Shown one piece after another: positions 12,248 to 23,789 of a stretch of DNA of 64,000 bases. The DNA lies in contig NW_003314324.1 of the NCBI RefSeq assembly GCF_000143415.4, positions 504,289 to 568,288 on the forward strand, given 5' to 3'. Under the pieces are notes generated by a model. That model was given only the letters and a program-made list of their open reading frames with translations, searched no databases and had not been told where the DNA came from. This stretch comes from Selaginella moellendorffii (taxonomy: Eukaryota; Plantae; Lycopodiophyta). Numbering within the stretch: the first letter of the stretch is position 1; each line of letters starts with the position of its first letter. A program made the translations under genes and the position numbers.

Positions 12248-15016
12248 CTATAGGGACATGATCTCCAGAGCGTCCCTTGTTCTTCCCATAATGTCTAGAG
12301 CGGTCGCAGCAATGTGAGCTGCTGTTAATCCAGCCTCGGTCATTTGATCGTTTGGAGAACCATGGTCGATGTATCGATCGGGAAGAACCAATGGTCGCCA
12401 CTGCAATCGATCGAAAGAGAGAGTGATATGAGCACAAACTTTACGTCCAAAAGAAAGAACTTGAAAAATTTGCCTTCAAAGTTCCGTCGAGAAGTCCATC
12501 CAGAGCCATGAACTGTGCTACGTGAGAGCCAAATCCTCCGATTGATCCTTCCTCCACCGTGATAAGTACCTCGTGTTCTCTCGCAAGCTGCCGGATCAAG
12601 TCGCGGTCCAGTGGCTTGCAAAACCTCGCGTCTGCGACCGTGGCCGGGAGTCCACAGCTCGCTAGAAGAGCTTGAGCGGCGAGACACGACTGTACCATCG
12701 TTCCATAGCCCAGCAGCGCGACTTTAGATCCTTCGACTAGAATCCTCCCCTTGCCAACCTGTGTGAGGAGTATAGCTTTGAAAATGGAAAACAAAAAACT
12801 CGACAGGTTTCTTACCTCGAGAGGTATGCCTTTGTTTCCTGGTGGAAGCACCACCCCGATACCATTTCCTCTGGGATAACGAAAGCAGCTTGGACGATCA
12901 TCAATAGCAGCGGCGGTGGCGACCATATGGAAAAGTTCGGCTTCGTCCGACGGCGCCATGACCACCATGTTTGGCAGGCAAGCCATGTAAGTTACGTCAA
13001 ATGCTCCACAATGTGTCGGACCGTCGGCTCCAACTAGACCCGCTCTGTCCATGGCAAATCTCACGGGTAGCTTTTGGAGATCAACGTCGTGAACAACCTG
13101 AGACAAAGCCGCATCATAAACAAGAAAACATCTGTGGCAAGAAAGAGCTCCTACCTGGTCGTAAGCTCGCTGGAGAAAGGATGAATAGATAGCACAGAAT
13201 GGCTTTAGGCCTTCGCAGGCAAGCCCCGCAGCGAAAGTCACGGCATGCTGCTCGGCAATACCGACGTCGAAACATCTATCTGGGAAACGTTTCTGGAACA
13301 TATTGAGGCCCGTTCCTCCACCCATAGCCGCGTGTATGGCAATGATCCCATTGTCGACTTCAGCTTCGGCAATCAGGGCCTCTGCAAAGTACGTGGTATA
13401 AGCTTGCGTTGCAGTCTTTCCTTTGAATTGCTTCCCAGTTGCCGGATCGAATTTAACAACACCTGATCAGAAACAAGGAGAGTGTCAAACTCAAGTATTT
13501 TGGAGGAGATTCACTTTCCATGGTACTTGTCTGATGCACGCTCGGCATATGGATAGCCACGACCCTTCTCCGTGACAATGTGAATCAATACCGGACCCGT
13601 CGTTCGCGTGTTTTTCACCTCCTTGAGAATTGTAACAAGGTCTTCGATGCTGTGGCCATCTACAGGTCCAATGTAGTAAAGTCCCAGCTCCTCGAAAAGA
13701 GTAGACCCCGATCCACTTATCATTCCACGCGCATACTCGTCGACCTTTGCTGCGAGTTCATGCATTGGTCCTCCAAGTTGTTTAGTCACTCCCTGTAATA
13801 TATATACGAACGTTACTTGTGTATGCATTACTAGACGTTAGTACCTTAGCAACTTCACGAAGTTCACGAAGAGGTCTGCTTGACTGTAATTTGCTGAGAG
13901 CGCTGCTCAAAGCTCCCACCGGTGGGGCTGGACCGTCCAAAGTCGCCGTTGGCAGAGAAACTTGCTTGTTATCATTTAGAATAACGATCATATTCGAGTC
14001 CAAGTAACCAGCGTTGTTCATGGCCTCGTAAGCTTGACCCGCCGTCATTGCCCCGTCACCGATCACGGATATCACATGATTCTTGTTTCCCATCAAATCT
14101 CGGGCCACAGCCATGCCTGTGACATCAAAGTTTTGTCAATCGATCAATATCGAACTACGTGATTGAAGAGAGGTTGCCTACCTAAGCCAGCGGATATACT
14201 GGTGGAGCTGTGCCCGGCACCAAAGGAGTCATACTCGCTCTCTGATCGTTTTGTAAATCCAGAAAGTCCATTAGTCTGCCGCAGGGTGTGCATTCTCGAT
14301 CTTCTTCCTGTAAGAATTTTGTGAGGATAGGCCTACGACCAACACAGGATTAGCGTGACTTTTTTTTCACAGTGAAGCTTGCGGGAGTCGAACTACCTGA
14401 TGGCCGACGTCCCAAAGAATCTTATCTTCTGGCATGTTGAAAACATGGTGAAGAGCAACAGTGAGCTCAATCACTCCAAGACTCGCTCCAAGATGCCCGC
14501 CGGTCTTCGAAACAGTGAAGATGATGTCCGATCGAAGCTCATCTGCCAATTGTCGCAAATCCTGCAAACAAGAGGAATATTGTTTTGTAGTTTTCTAGCA
14601 TTTGTCATCTCCATACCTTGGTGCTAAGATTTTTCATATGCAAAGGGTAGTTGACAGTGTCGAGCAAAGGCGTGGGAGGCTTCTCCGCGAAATACTCTCC
14701 TCCGGGCCCCGTCGACGCTGCTGCTGATGCTGCCACAGCCAAAAACCTCCGAGCCTACACATCCATCACAAGTAAGAGTTGACCTTGGAGCCGGCCAGAA
14801 TTTGGCCTGCATTGCTCGCGGCGAGGAGATCCTGTCGAAATTTCGATCACGTACCTTGACAGAAGCGGGCTTGACGCCCCTGCGCTGGAGATTTGTGTGA
14901 GCTTGAGGCAGTAGGTATCCGGATTCCGTCGGCCGGGCCACAAGGCGGCTGCTGTTGGCGCTGCTCGTGCTACATTCCGCTCCTCCTAGCGCCATAGCTG
15001 CTGCTGAGGGTGCCAT
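12248..15016 (-). CDS. DXS: 1-deoxy-D-xylulose-5-phosphate synthase (multi-exon, plastid transit peptide)
   Basis: [56 protein letters not shown]. Confidence 0.97.
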
Positions 15017-15241
15017 AGCCGCGCGCGCGATGCGCCAAAACCCTCGCCTTCACGGATGCGCCAAAACCCTAGTTGGATTGCATGGAGATCCCGGAAAGAG
15101 TCAGTGGAACACCATGCTCTCAGCCACTCACTTTTAAGCACATTCTTATTTGCCAATTGAAAAGACAAAGATATGGTTGGACACTTGGCAAATTCTGAAG
15201 AATCCTATGTATTCATTGTATATATCAAAGATTTTAACAAT

Positions 15242-15315
15242 GCTGGAGTAGCTCAGTTGGTCAGAGCGTGTGGCTGTTAACCACAAGGTCGGAGGTTCGA
15301 GCCCTCCTTCTAGCG
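15242..15315 (+). tRNA. tRNA-Asn (GTT)
   Basis: Cloverleaf GCTGGAGTAGCTCAGTTGG...CTGTTAA...GGTTCGAGCC...CTAGCG; T-runs downstream. Confidence 0.97.
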
Positions 15316-15401
15316 AGAATATACATTTTGGTATTTGAATTTTTTATTTTCTTTTTGCGCGCCAATGATTTAAATGTTTGAATTCAAACCGATAAACCCT
15401 A

Positions 15402-17462
15402 ATGCTTTGCAATGCTCGTTTCCTCGTGGTGCGCCCACCTCCGGCCTGCGGGGAGCGCCATCAGTTCCAGGAGTGGGACGATGAGCTCGATCCATCGGTC
15501 TACGCACAGCTCGTCAAAGCTTGCGGCAATGCCAGGGATCTCCAAGGCGGAAGGCGCATTCACGAAGAGATTCTCCACAATGGCCGCTGCTCCACCGATC
15601 GCTACCTCGCCAATCTGCTCGTGGAGATGTATGGAAAGTGTGGCAGCGGCGAGAACGCTCGCAGGGTTTTCGAGAGCATTCGCCAGCCCAACCAGTTCTC
15701 GTGGAATCTGATAGTGGCGGCCCTGGCCAGGAGCGGGAATGTGAGAGACGCGAGGGCCATGTTTGATCGGATGCCCGTCCGCGATGCTGTTTCGTGGGGG
15801 ACAATGATCACTGCCTACGCCGACAGTGGCGACGTCTTGGAAGCTAGAAATCTCTTCGCCAAGATGCCGGATCCAAATGCCTGGGCTTGGTCCGCAATGA
15901 TCTCAGCATATGCCCAAAACGGGCATCTGGTTGAAGCAAGAAAGTGTTTCGATTCTATGCCCGAGCCAGAAGCTGTATCGTGGAACACAATGATCCATGC
16001 CTACAATCAGCACGGGGAATTCAATCAGGCTAGAAAGTTGTTTGAGAGAATGGAAATCAAGAACTCGGTTTCGTGGAACACGATGATCACTGCTTACGCC
16101 CAGAATGGGTATATCTACGACGCGAGGATCTTGTTTGAGAGGATGCCTGGGAAGGAGGTCTCGTCCTGGAACGCGATGCTTGCAGCGTACGCGCAGATCT
16201 TTTACACGAACGAAGTGAAGGATTTGTTCGATCGAATGCCGCACAGAAATTTGATCTCGTGGAACACTCTGATCGGAGCGTATGCTGATAGAGGTGACTT
16301 TGAGGCTGCAAAGGTGGTGTTTGAAAGCGCGGCTGTGAGGGACGTTGTCTCGTGGACCGCGATCCTCAAAGCTTTTGTTCACACGAGAGAGGTTGAGCAA
16401 GCAAAAGAGCTCTTTGATCGAATGCCCGAGAAGAACCTCGTTTCCTACACGACCATGCTTGTGATCTTTGCGAAGAATAGCTGCCTGGATCGAGCAAAGG
16501 GGCTGTTTGATCGAATGCCGCAGTACGATTCTATCTCCTGGGGGGCGATGATCGAGGCGTACTCTGAGAATGGATTTGTGGCAGTCGCGAGAGAGATGCT
16601 CGATCGAATGCCTCACCAGGACGTTCTAGCTGTCAACATCGTGATTGCGGCTTATGTGCACGCTGGGCATATGGAGGAGGCCAAGAGCTTATTCGACCTT
16701 ATGAAAGAACGAGACTCTACCACTTTAAACGCTATGGTTTATGGATATGCCCAGCTCGGGCATATAGATCTTTCACGGCATCTTTTTGATTCTCACCCGG
16801 ACAAAGACACCACCTCCTGGAACACGATGCTGGCGGCTTGCTGTAGGTGCTGGCTTTTCGAGGAGATGGTGGAGACCTTCTGGAGGATTCCGGAAAGGAA
16901 TGTGGTGTCGTGGACGGTGGCGATACAGTCCCACGTCTTGAGAAACCAGCTGAGGCTTGCAAAGGCGGTTTTTGAGAGGATGCCCGAGCAGGACGTAGTG
17001 TCGTGGAATGCTTTGCTCCATGCTTTTGCTCGAGAAGAAAACGGGAACTTCTCCATGAATCTCTTTCGGGAGATGGTCGTGGAGGGATTCAAGCCGGACG
17101 AGACGACGCTGCTGGGAGTTTTGGTGTCGTGCAACCACGATGGCCTCCTCGAGAGAACCAAGTCGAGCTTCTCGAGCTTTAGATCCGACTTTGGCCTCGA
17201 CTGCCCCAGGCAAGAGCTCTTCGACTGTCTGCTCGACAACTTTGGACGATCCGGACAGCTCCGAGAGGCCGAGGATCTCCTCCGGTGGATGCCGTTCTCT
17301 CCCAGCGTCGCGTCCAGCACCTCGTTCCTGCGCGCATGCAAAGTTCACGGAGATCCAGAGCGAGCAGCCAGATTCTCGCAGCACTTGAGCGACTTGAAAG
17401 GAGGACAAGCTCACGGTTCTTACGTCCTTCTCTCGGACAGCTTGAAAACCATGACGACGTAG
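15402..17462 (+). CDS. Intronless PLS-class PPR protein (E-type end, no DYW)
   Basis: 686-aa ORF of ~31-aa repeats (VSWNTMITAYAQNG); E-domain-like end. Confidence 0.92.
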   Translation: MLCNARFLVVRPPPACGERHQFQEWDDELDPSVYAQLVKACGNARDLQGGRRIHEEILHNGRCSTDRYLANLLVEMYGKCGSGENARRVFESIRQPNQFSWNLIVAALARSGNVRDARAMFDRMPVRDAVSWGTMITAYADSGDVLEARNLFAKMPDPNAWAWSAMISAYAQNGHLVEARKCFDSMPEPEAVSWNTMIHAYNQHGEFNQARKLFERMEIKNSVSWNTMITAYAQNGYIYDARILFERMPGKEVSSWNAMLAAYAQIFYTNEVKDLFDRMPHRNLISWNTLIGAYADRGDFEAAKVVFESAAVRDVVSWTAILKAFVHTREVEQAKELFDRMPEKNLVSYTTMLVIFAKNSCLDRAKGLFDRMPQYDSISWGAMIEAYSENGFVAVAREMLDRMPHQDVLAVNIVIAAYVHAGHMEEAKSLFDLMKERDSTTLNAMVYGYAQLGHIDLSRHLFDSHPDKDTTSWNTMLAACCRCWLFEEMVETFWRIPERNVVSWTVAIQSHVLRNQLRLAKAVFERMPEQDVVSWNALLHAFAREENGNFSMNLFREMVVEGFKPDETTLLGVLVSCNHDGLLERTKSSFSSFRSDFGLDCPRQELFDCLLDNFGRSGQLREAEDLLRWMPFSPSVASSTSFLRACKVHGDPERAARFSQHLSDLKGGQAHGSYVLLSDSLKTMTT

Positions 17463-18013
17463 AGTAGATCTTCGTCTCGGGAAGTTATACGTCACTAGTG
17501 AAGGACCCCTTCCGATGGAGCTATATAACTCTTTCGTTCGATCGAAGGGTGATGTCAGCTAGAACAGGAAGGAAAGGAACAGGGGAGCTGTGACGCAAAA
17601 CTCCACTAGGCTGCTCCACTTTTCTTGCGGCTAAAGGGAATCAATCATCGCCATTTCTACACACAGCGAGGGGGGAATATCTCCAGAGGCCACTTAGAAC
17701 TGTATCTGCTTGGAGGCTACCCTTGTGCTGTCTGACACCAAAGGGCTCATGCACACTTGATGATCCCTGGCTACCTTTGCCAGGACGGGGGTGCTAGGCA
17801 GCGGGGAAAGAGAAAAAAGAAAAGATCACGCACGTGAAGAAGATATGGTCATCGAGTCCTGGGACGAATTCGCGAGCTAAGGTGCAAGGAAAAATCGCCC
17901 TTTTGCTGCTCCGAGCTGCTGGGTCGAAGAATTTAAGGGCCTCGAGATTTTGAAGCTGGAACTTGCTGCTTGGAAGAGTTCATCGACTTAAGCTTGGAGA
18001 AACTGGAAGGAGC

Positions 18014-18120
18014 CATCACTCATCGACTGGAAAGCTGTGAGAAGATCATATCACTCATTGGTTGGAATCTGAGAAGATCATATCACTCATCGGTTGGAAA
18101 TCTGTGAGAAGATCATATCC
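18014..18120. repeat. About three tandem ~33-bp units (GAGAAGATCATATCACTCATyGGTTGGAA) upstream of the ATL gene
   Basis: Directly visible. Confidence 0.85.
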
Positions 18121-18200
18121 GAAGATCACTGCTGCTGCCGCTGAGATCCCTGGCTGGTGCCGTGAATGCTGGTTATAGCAGAGATTTCTTGCTAGGATAT

Positions 18201-18827
18201 ATGGCAAGGCTGATGAAGCTCGTACCGGGGGAGGCGTCGCTGTATGCTTCTATCACACACACGCAAGCCGAGTCTCCAGCCGTGACTCTCACTTACGGTG
18301 GCTACATGCCTCTAACTCGAGCTACGAGCACTGGAGCCGTGAGTAGCAGTGAAAGTAATGGACTTAACATCGTCGCGGCGATTTTGGTGACCGCCTCCTC
18401 GATGATGATCCTGCTGGCTCTACGTCTCTGGCTTTGCAAGTGCTCTCCTTCGCGGAGCTCTAGCCCCAATTCCTCGTCCTCAACGAGCAGCGATGGCTCC
18501 AAGAAGAAGGCCGGGGATGGATTGGACAAGGAGGATATCAACAAGTTTGCACTCGTGGATTTCCAGGCGCTGGCGAGCAGCAAGTACGAGAAGACGTGCA
18601 CGGTTTGCTTGTGCGAGTTCACCTCCAAGGACGTCGCGATTCGACTCCTGCCGGGTTGCAATCACTCGTTTCATCCGGCTTGCATCGAAATGTGGCTCTT
18701 CTCTCACACTTCGTGCCCGATTTGCCGCAAGAGTTTGCTACCCCTGGCTATGGTGGCCAAGAGCTCGAGTTCTTCCATACAAGATCATGCGCAAGAAGAG
18801 CACCATCGAGGAGAGGAAGTTGTTTAA
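18201..18827 (+). CDS. ATL-family RING-H2 E3 ubiquitin ligase
   Basis: TM segment, GLD motif, CTVCL...RLLPGCNHSFHPACIEMWL..HTSCPICR; start codon uncertain. Confidence 0.92.
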   Translation: MARLMKLVPGEASLYASITHTQAESPAVTLTYGGYMPLTRATSTGAVSSSESNGLNIVAAILVTASSMMILLALRLWLCKCSPSRSSSPNSSSSTSSDGSKKKAGDGLDKEDINKFALVDFQALASSKYEKTCTVCLCEFTSKDVAIRLLPGCNHSFHPACIEMWLFSHTSCPICRKSLLPLAMVAKSSSSSIQDHAQEEHHRGEEVV

Positions 18828-19706
18828 AATGCAAGAGAAGAGCTTGCTTGGTCTCGCGGCTTTGTATTACTAGCGTTTCCTTCGATGGTGCTTGAGGAAG
18901 TGTGTGTGTGTGTGTATTTTTTTTTCCAAGACGACCAAAGTTGACGGATCACATACGTATCAAATCTCAAAAAGAAATCTCGTTTTGACTAAGTTCTTGG
19001 GTATACTTTGCGTGATGGAGGAACAATTGGTTATAGAAAACAAACTTGAGTGCGTGCCACGCGAATCTCTCCACGTACCAAATGATGCAATCCAAAGTTT
19101 TGTTTTTCTTTTCTTTCCCAGATATACACGCCTTTCTTTTTCTCTCGCTCCCACCGGATCAAAGATCACGCCACAGTTGTGAATCACAATAGGCGCAAAC
19201 CTACAAATCTCTCGTCAGAAACGCTGAAGAGATAATAGAGAGAACAATCTAGCTTGTGATCACGCGTGGGTGGCAAATTATTCCATTAGTTATTGGCGTG
19301 CAAGTGGCACGACAAGTGTTGTACTTTATGATTCCCGCTTGCTTTTCCAACCCAACCAAACACACACTCACAATTTTTACAGTGATTTTCCAATCGATTT
19401 GCTGTTTGCTAGGTAGGAGTTCTCGATATCAACATTCTTTCGAACACCGTTGCTGGGCTGAAGGGGCCCAGACTTTTCCACACAGAGGACGAATCAAAAC
19501 GTCGTTGGCTGTACCGCAAAGCTGTGGTCTCGTCCGTTTATCATTCATATCAGGGACTCCTCCTATCATTTTGCCACCCTCCCAGACAAATGCTGCTGCT
19601 AGATCATGAAAGTAATCGCGAATGGTCAAAAAAAACCCGTGATGGTGTCGTAATGTATAAAGCTTGCCAGAAGGAGAACCACAGTAAAAGTATTTGATGC
19701 TAGCGA

Positions 19707-21485
19707 TCATATGCTGGACAATAGCACATATGGGGCCGAATCTTGCGAGTCAAAGCCTCCCACCTTGGCGCTCGTCGGTCGTCCGTGAGTCCTGAAAGCG
19801 CTCAGCAGGATCGTGGAGCCGGCGTCCTGTGCTGGGAATGGCATGTCTTTGAGAAGTTCCTGGGCCTTTGCGACGAGCCCCGATCGCCCAAGAGCGTCCA
19901 TCACGCAGTGGTAGTGGTGGATCCCCGGCGTTATGTTGTGCTCCAAGATCATCGCGGAGAAGTATCGCTTGATTGTCTCCACGGAGCCCAGCCTGCTGCA
20001 AGCCGCGAGAACGCTCGAGAATGAGACCTCATCGGGTCTCAAGCCCTCGCACTGCATCTCGCCAAACGTTTCCAGAGCTATTACAAAGTGCCCATTCTGG
20101 GCATATGCTTGGATCATTGCATTCCATGACACCGTGTTTCTCAGAGGCATGGATTGGAAGCATCTGCTAGCAGCACTAAGAATTCCAGACTTACCACACG
20201 ATGTGACTATAGAATTCCATGTAACCGAGTCTTTCCATCTAAGCTCATCAAACAAACTTTTAGTTTCAGAAACATAGCCTTGCTGGGCATAAGCCGCAAT
20301 CATAGTGTTCCACGAAACAATGTCGTACTGTGGCATGCAATCAAACAGGCCTTTTGCTTGCTCGAAGTGTCCGTACTCGGCATAGCAACCCACTATGCTT
20401 GTCCAAGTTACTAAATCCCGCTCCACCATCTTATCAAACAAAGTGGTACATTCTTGGATATGCCCAAGCCGAGCGTATGCCTGAATTAACGTGTTCCACG
20501 CACAAAGATCCGGCTCCTTGATGCCGTCAAAAACCTCCTCTGCTTTTGACAAGCTTCCGTTTTGAGCATATGCCTCCACCATGCACGTCCAAGATACCAG
20601 ATTCCTCTGCGGCATCTTGTTAAACAGCCGCAAAGCATCCTTTAAGTAACCACGCTGCGCATAAGCGGCGATCATCAAATTCCAAGACGTGAGATCTCTC
20701 TCCGGCATTCGGTAGAACACTTCTATTGCGTGATCCAAGCAGCCATTCTTGAGATTCGCAGTTAAAAGTGCGTTCCAAGCAACAACATCGCGGTCGTCCA
20801 TTCTCTCAAAGAGCCACTGAGATTCTTGCAGATGCCCAGTCTCGGCATACGCCACCAGCATCGTTGTCCACGTCACCACGCTTCTCTCTGGCATCGACTC
20901 GAACATGCGACGTGCCTCTACCAAATGCCCGTGCTGTGCGTAGGCCTGCAAGAGAGCGTTCCAAGATACCAGTGTCCTCTCAGGCATATTCGCAAACAAG
21001 GAGCTAGACTCCTCAAGATTCCCTGTTGTGGCATATGCCGAAAGCACTGTCGTCCACGTCTGCACGTTCCTTTCAGGCATGCAATTGAAAATCTCCTCAA
21101 CTTTCTTTATATCCCTTGTCTGCGAATATGCTTTAAGTATGGCATTCCACGTTACTACCTCCCTTTGTGGTACCTTTTGGAACAGTGCCCTTGCTTCTTC
21201 AAGATGCCCATTCCTGGCATATGCCTCGATGATGATATTCCAGGAATATAGATTGGGAGACGGCAGGGATTCGAACACGCGTAAGGCGTGATCCAAGCTC
21301 CCGCATTTGCCGTACATCTCGATGAGGAGATTGGAGATGTACGTGTTGTGGATCTGCCCTCCTTTGCGAATGCGAGAGTGGAGTCTTTTGGCCTGGGAGA
21401 GCTCTTTGGCGTCTCCACACGACTTCACTTTGCGAACCAGTGAGACGAGATCATCGTGTTGGACACTGCGTGATCCATAACTCAT
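19707..21485 (-). CDS. Intronless PLS-class PPR protein (short E-type end)
   Basis: PPR repeats throughout; start placed at MSYGSR (21485) because the upstream part of the ORF overlaps the last exon of the neighbouring gene. Confidence 0.9.
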   Translation of the reverse strand: MSYGSRSVQHDDLVSLVRKVKSCGDAKELSQAKRLHSRIRKGGQIHNTYISNLLIEMYGKCGSLDHALRVFESLPSPNLYSWNIIIEAYARNGHLEEARALFQKVPQREVVTWNAILKAYSQTRDIKKVEEIFNCMPERNVQTWTTVLSAYATTGNLEESSSLFANMPERTLVSWNALLQAYAQHGHLVEARRMFESMPERSVVTWTTMLVAYAETGHLQESQWLFERMDDRDVVAWNALLTANLKNGCLDHAIEVFYRMPERDLTSWNLMIAAYAQRGYLKDALRLFNKMPQRNLVSWTCMVEAYAQNGSLSKAEEVFDGIKEPDLCAWNTLIQAYARLGHIQECTTLFDKMVERDLVTWTSIVGCYAEYGHFEQAKGLFDCMPQYDIVSWNTMIAAYAQQGYVSETKSLFDELRWKDSVTWNSIVTSCGKSGILSAASRCFQSMPLRNTVSWNAMIQAYAQNGHFVIALETFGEMQCEGLRPDEVSFSSVLAACSRLGSVETIKRYFSAMILEHNITPGIHHYHCVMDALGRSGLVAKAQELLKDMPFPAQDAGSTILLSAFRTHGRPTSAKVGGFDSQDSAPYVLLSSI

Positions 21486-21562
21486 GGCATCATGAAACTC
21501 CGCAAACTTCCATGTATTTACAAACTTAGCACAAAAACTATAAAAAAAACCCAAACCGTTTG

Positions 21563-22920
21563 CTAGATGCAAGCTCCAGCGCAGTTTACCAGGTCTCGCA
21601 GATGGCTCGACGCCAGATCTTCGTTCCCCTGCGAAAAAGAAGAATTTTTCATGAGCCTGGACCGAGTTTATCATTGACATACCTCCCAGTCGATCGCATG
21701 AAGGTTCAACTCATACGTTACCCTTCCAGCAGACGCCTCCATCTCCGCGCGATTGGCGACCATAAACTTCCACTGCGTTTCCTTGCCTCGAATTATGGTC
21801 ACTCTGCGATGCTCGACGTTGCAAACGCTGAAGCGCTTTGCAAAGGAGTCGCGACCCAGTGGCCAACGCAAACCGCCCTTGACAGTGTCGTCTACAACAG
21901 CAGCGCTGGCCAGTGCTTCATAGGCAGCTCTCTCCTCGTCCTGTTTCTAGGAAAACTTAGCTCTCGATCAACAGCAAAGGAAGACTTAACTGGAACGTCG
22001 GTAAGCAGCGTCTCAGAGTAGACTGCGATACGCAAGTCCGTTTTGCGTCCTACGCACAGATAATCAGACACAAGATGCCTTAATGGATCAAGCTTGAGCT
22101 GCTCAGGTTTCAATGATTATCACCCAGAAATCTGGCGAAAGAGCAATACCTTCTTCAAGACTAGAGAATGCTCGCTTTCATGAGCTCGCTCGCACACACA
22201 CCTGACAAGGTAACGAGGACGATCAATGTCCTTCACCTGTGAGCAAGCGATCAAGCGCAAGCAAGTCTATGGAAAGTAGTTACCTTGAAGTGGTAGCGTT
22301 CGCAAGTGGTGACTTCCACAGCCTCTTGTTGTAGAGCAAGGTGCTCAAACTGGTGGAAAAGTTCTGGCGCTATTGCTGTGTGGAAGGTCCTCCTAAGCCT
22401 TGAGGATTCCTCCTCAAGATATCCTGGACTGAAGCTTTGGACCTGTTGGGTATCTTTTCGGAACACAATCGTTCCAAGTCGCAAAACCATCTTGAGCTTG
22501 CCTCGTGAATCGTGCACGCTCGAAGCTGCAAGCGACCCTGCCCTGCCTCGCGTCGCTGTCATAACATCCAGAGAGAGGGACTCTATTCCAATGTTCTCAG
22601 CCAGAGATCCATTGGTGTTTCCTGGCACCAAAACAGAACTTTGAGTGAGCTATCAAATGATATTCTTCGATCGTACCTGGATGATCGCCGTCGTCCACAA
22701 CAGTGACAATGTACTGCTGCTTACCATCCAGATGAGCGTAGGTCTCCCCTTGAAAAACCTGGAATTCGAGGCGCGCCTCGCCGGAGAGGACATGAAACTG
22801 TAAAATGCAGCTAGCAGCTTCCCTGATCACCGGAAATGGAACGGTGATCCTCCGCCCGCCCAGCGCCTGGGGCGATCGCTTGGCCTCCCCGAGGCGCCTG
22901 TGAGGAGGAACGTAAGGCAT
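21563..22920 (-). CDS. Conserved plant protein of unknown function with N-terminal MPYVPPHRR motif (multi-exon)
   Basis: YxPPH start motif; consecutive exon-sized ORFs (22597, 22251, 21892, 21671) with GT-AG introns; telo-box upstream. Confidence 0.6.
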
Positions 22921-23000
22921 ATTAAACCCTAATAGAGCATCCCTATCTTGGGGCACTTTCAAAATTTCGCGCGCTTTATTGTAATGACGTGACAAATCTT

Positions 23001-23694
23001 TTAGTCGTCGTCTTTAAATTCCCTGGAATGGCGAGAAGATCATAGATTTAGCACTCAAATTCGCACGAATCGAGAGGGCAGACCTTCGATCCAAGAAACG
23101 AGGTTGAATTCCAGTCCCCTGGCAAGTGGTGCAAGTGATCGATCCAGCGCCATCGCAGTTCACGCACTTGGATTTCTCCGACTCGCCGGATCCCAGCGCG
23201 ATGGCGATGCTACCGCTGCCTACACAGAACCGGCAAGTTTCTTCTCGATGGAATCCATCCACCCAGGGCCATTGATCGAGAGGAATTCTCAGTGATCGCG
23301 AATTCAAGGGAGAAATGGATCGAAAAGCTTACGTGATCCTGTTCCACTGCAAGGGAAGCATGGCTGATCGTTTATTCGTTTCTCGGCCCCTTTCACTTGG
23401 GTCTCGTAAAAGACCGGGATCCCAATTCCCACAGCGATTCCTGCCAATCCCACGCCCACTGCCAGCAGCTGGAAGCCGAGAAATCGATCCAATTTCGCCG
23501 TGGATTCGATGAAGATAGAGCAAATGTGGGTCGAAAATTCCAGAGGAAGAACTTACCGTGTCTTGATCCAATTCCAGCGCCCTTATGGGAGCGAGGATCC
23601 TCCGGCGATTCCTTCCAGGAATATTCTTCTTGTGCGCTCTGCTTAGTGACGATGGCAGCGAGAGGGACGCCGGAGTGTAGCTTACAGTCGCCAT
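23001..23694 (-). CDS. LQY1: Thylakoid DnaJ-like zinc-finger disulfide isomerase LQY1
   Basis: LELDQDT, VGIGIPVFYETQ, four CxxCxGxG motifs, end IQPRFLDRREFKDDD. Confidence 0.92.
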
Positions 23695-23789
23695 AGCCGG
23701 ATTGAGCGCCGGCGGCCAGATCACAGCCACGTGGCCTATGGATTGGCACGATACTTTATGCTGACGTGACGATTTCGCGACCGTCCGAT

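Noticed and set aside
17710-17790. GCTACCCTTG resembling a bryophyte tasiARF/TAS3 core
   Set aside because: Match is short and no flanking miR390 sites were seen
19256-19710. Open frames of ~90-117 aa between the ATL and PPR genes
   Set aside because: No recognisable motif or convincing start; cannot be supported without a search
21486-21680. 65-aa N-terminal extension of the 657-aa PPR ORF
   Set aside because: Overlaps the last intron and exon of the upstream gene; a downstream ATG is more plausible
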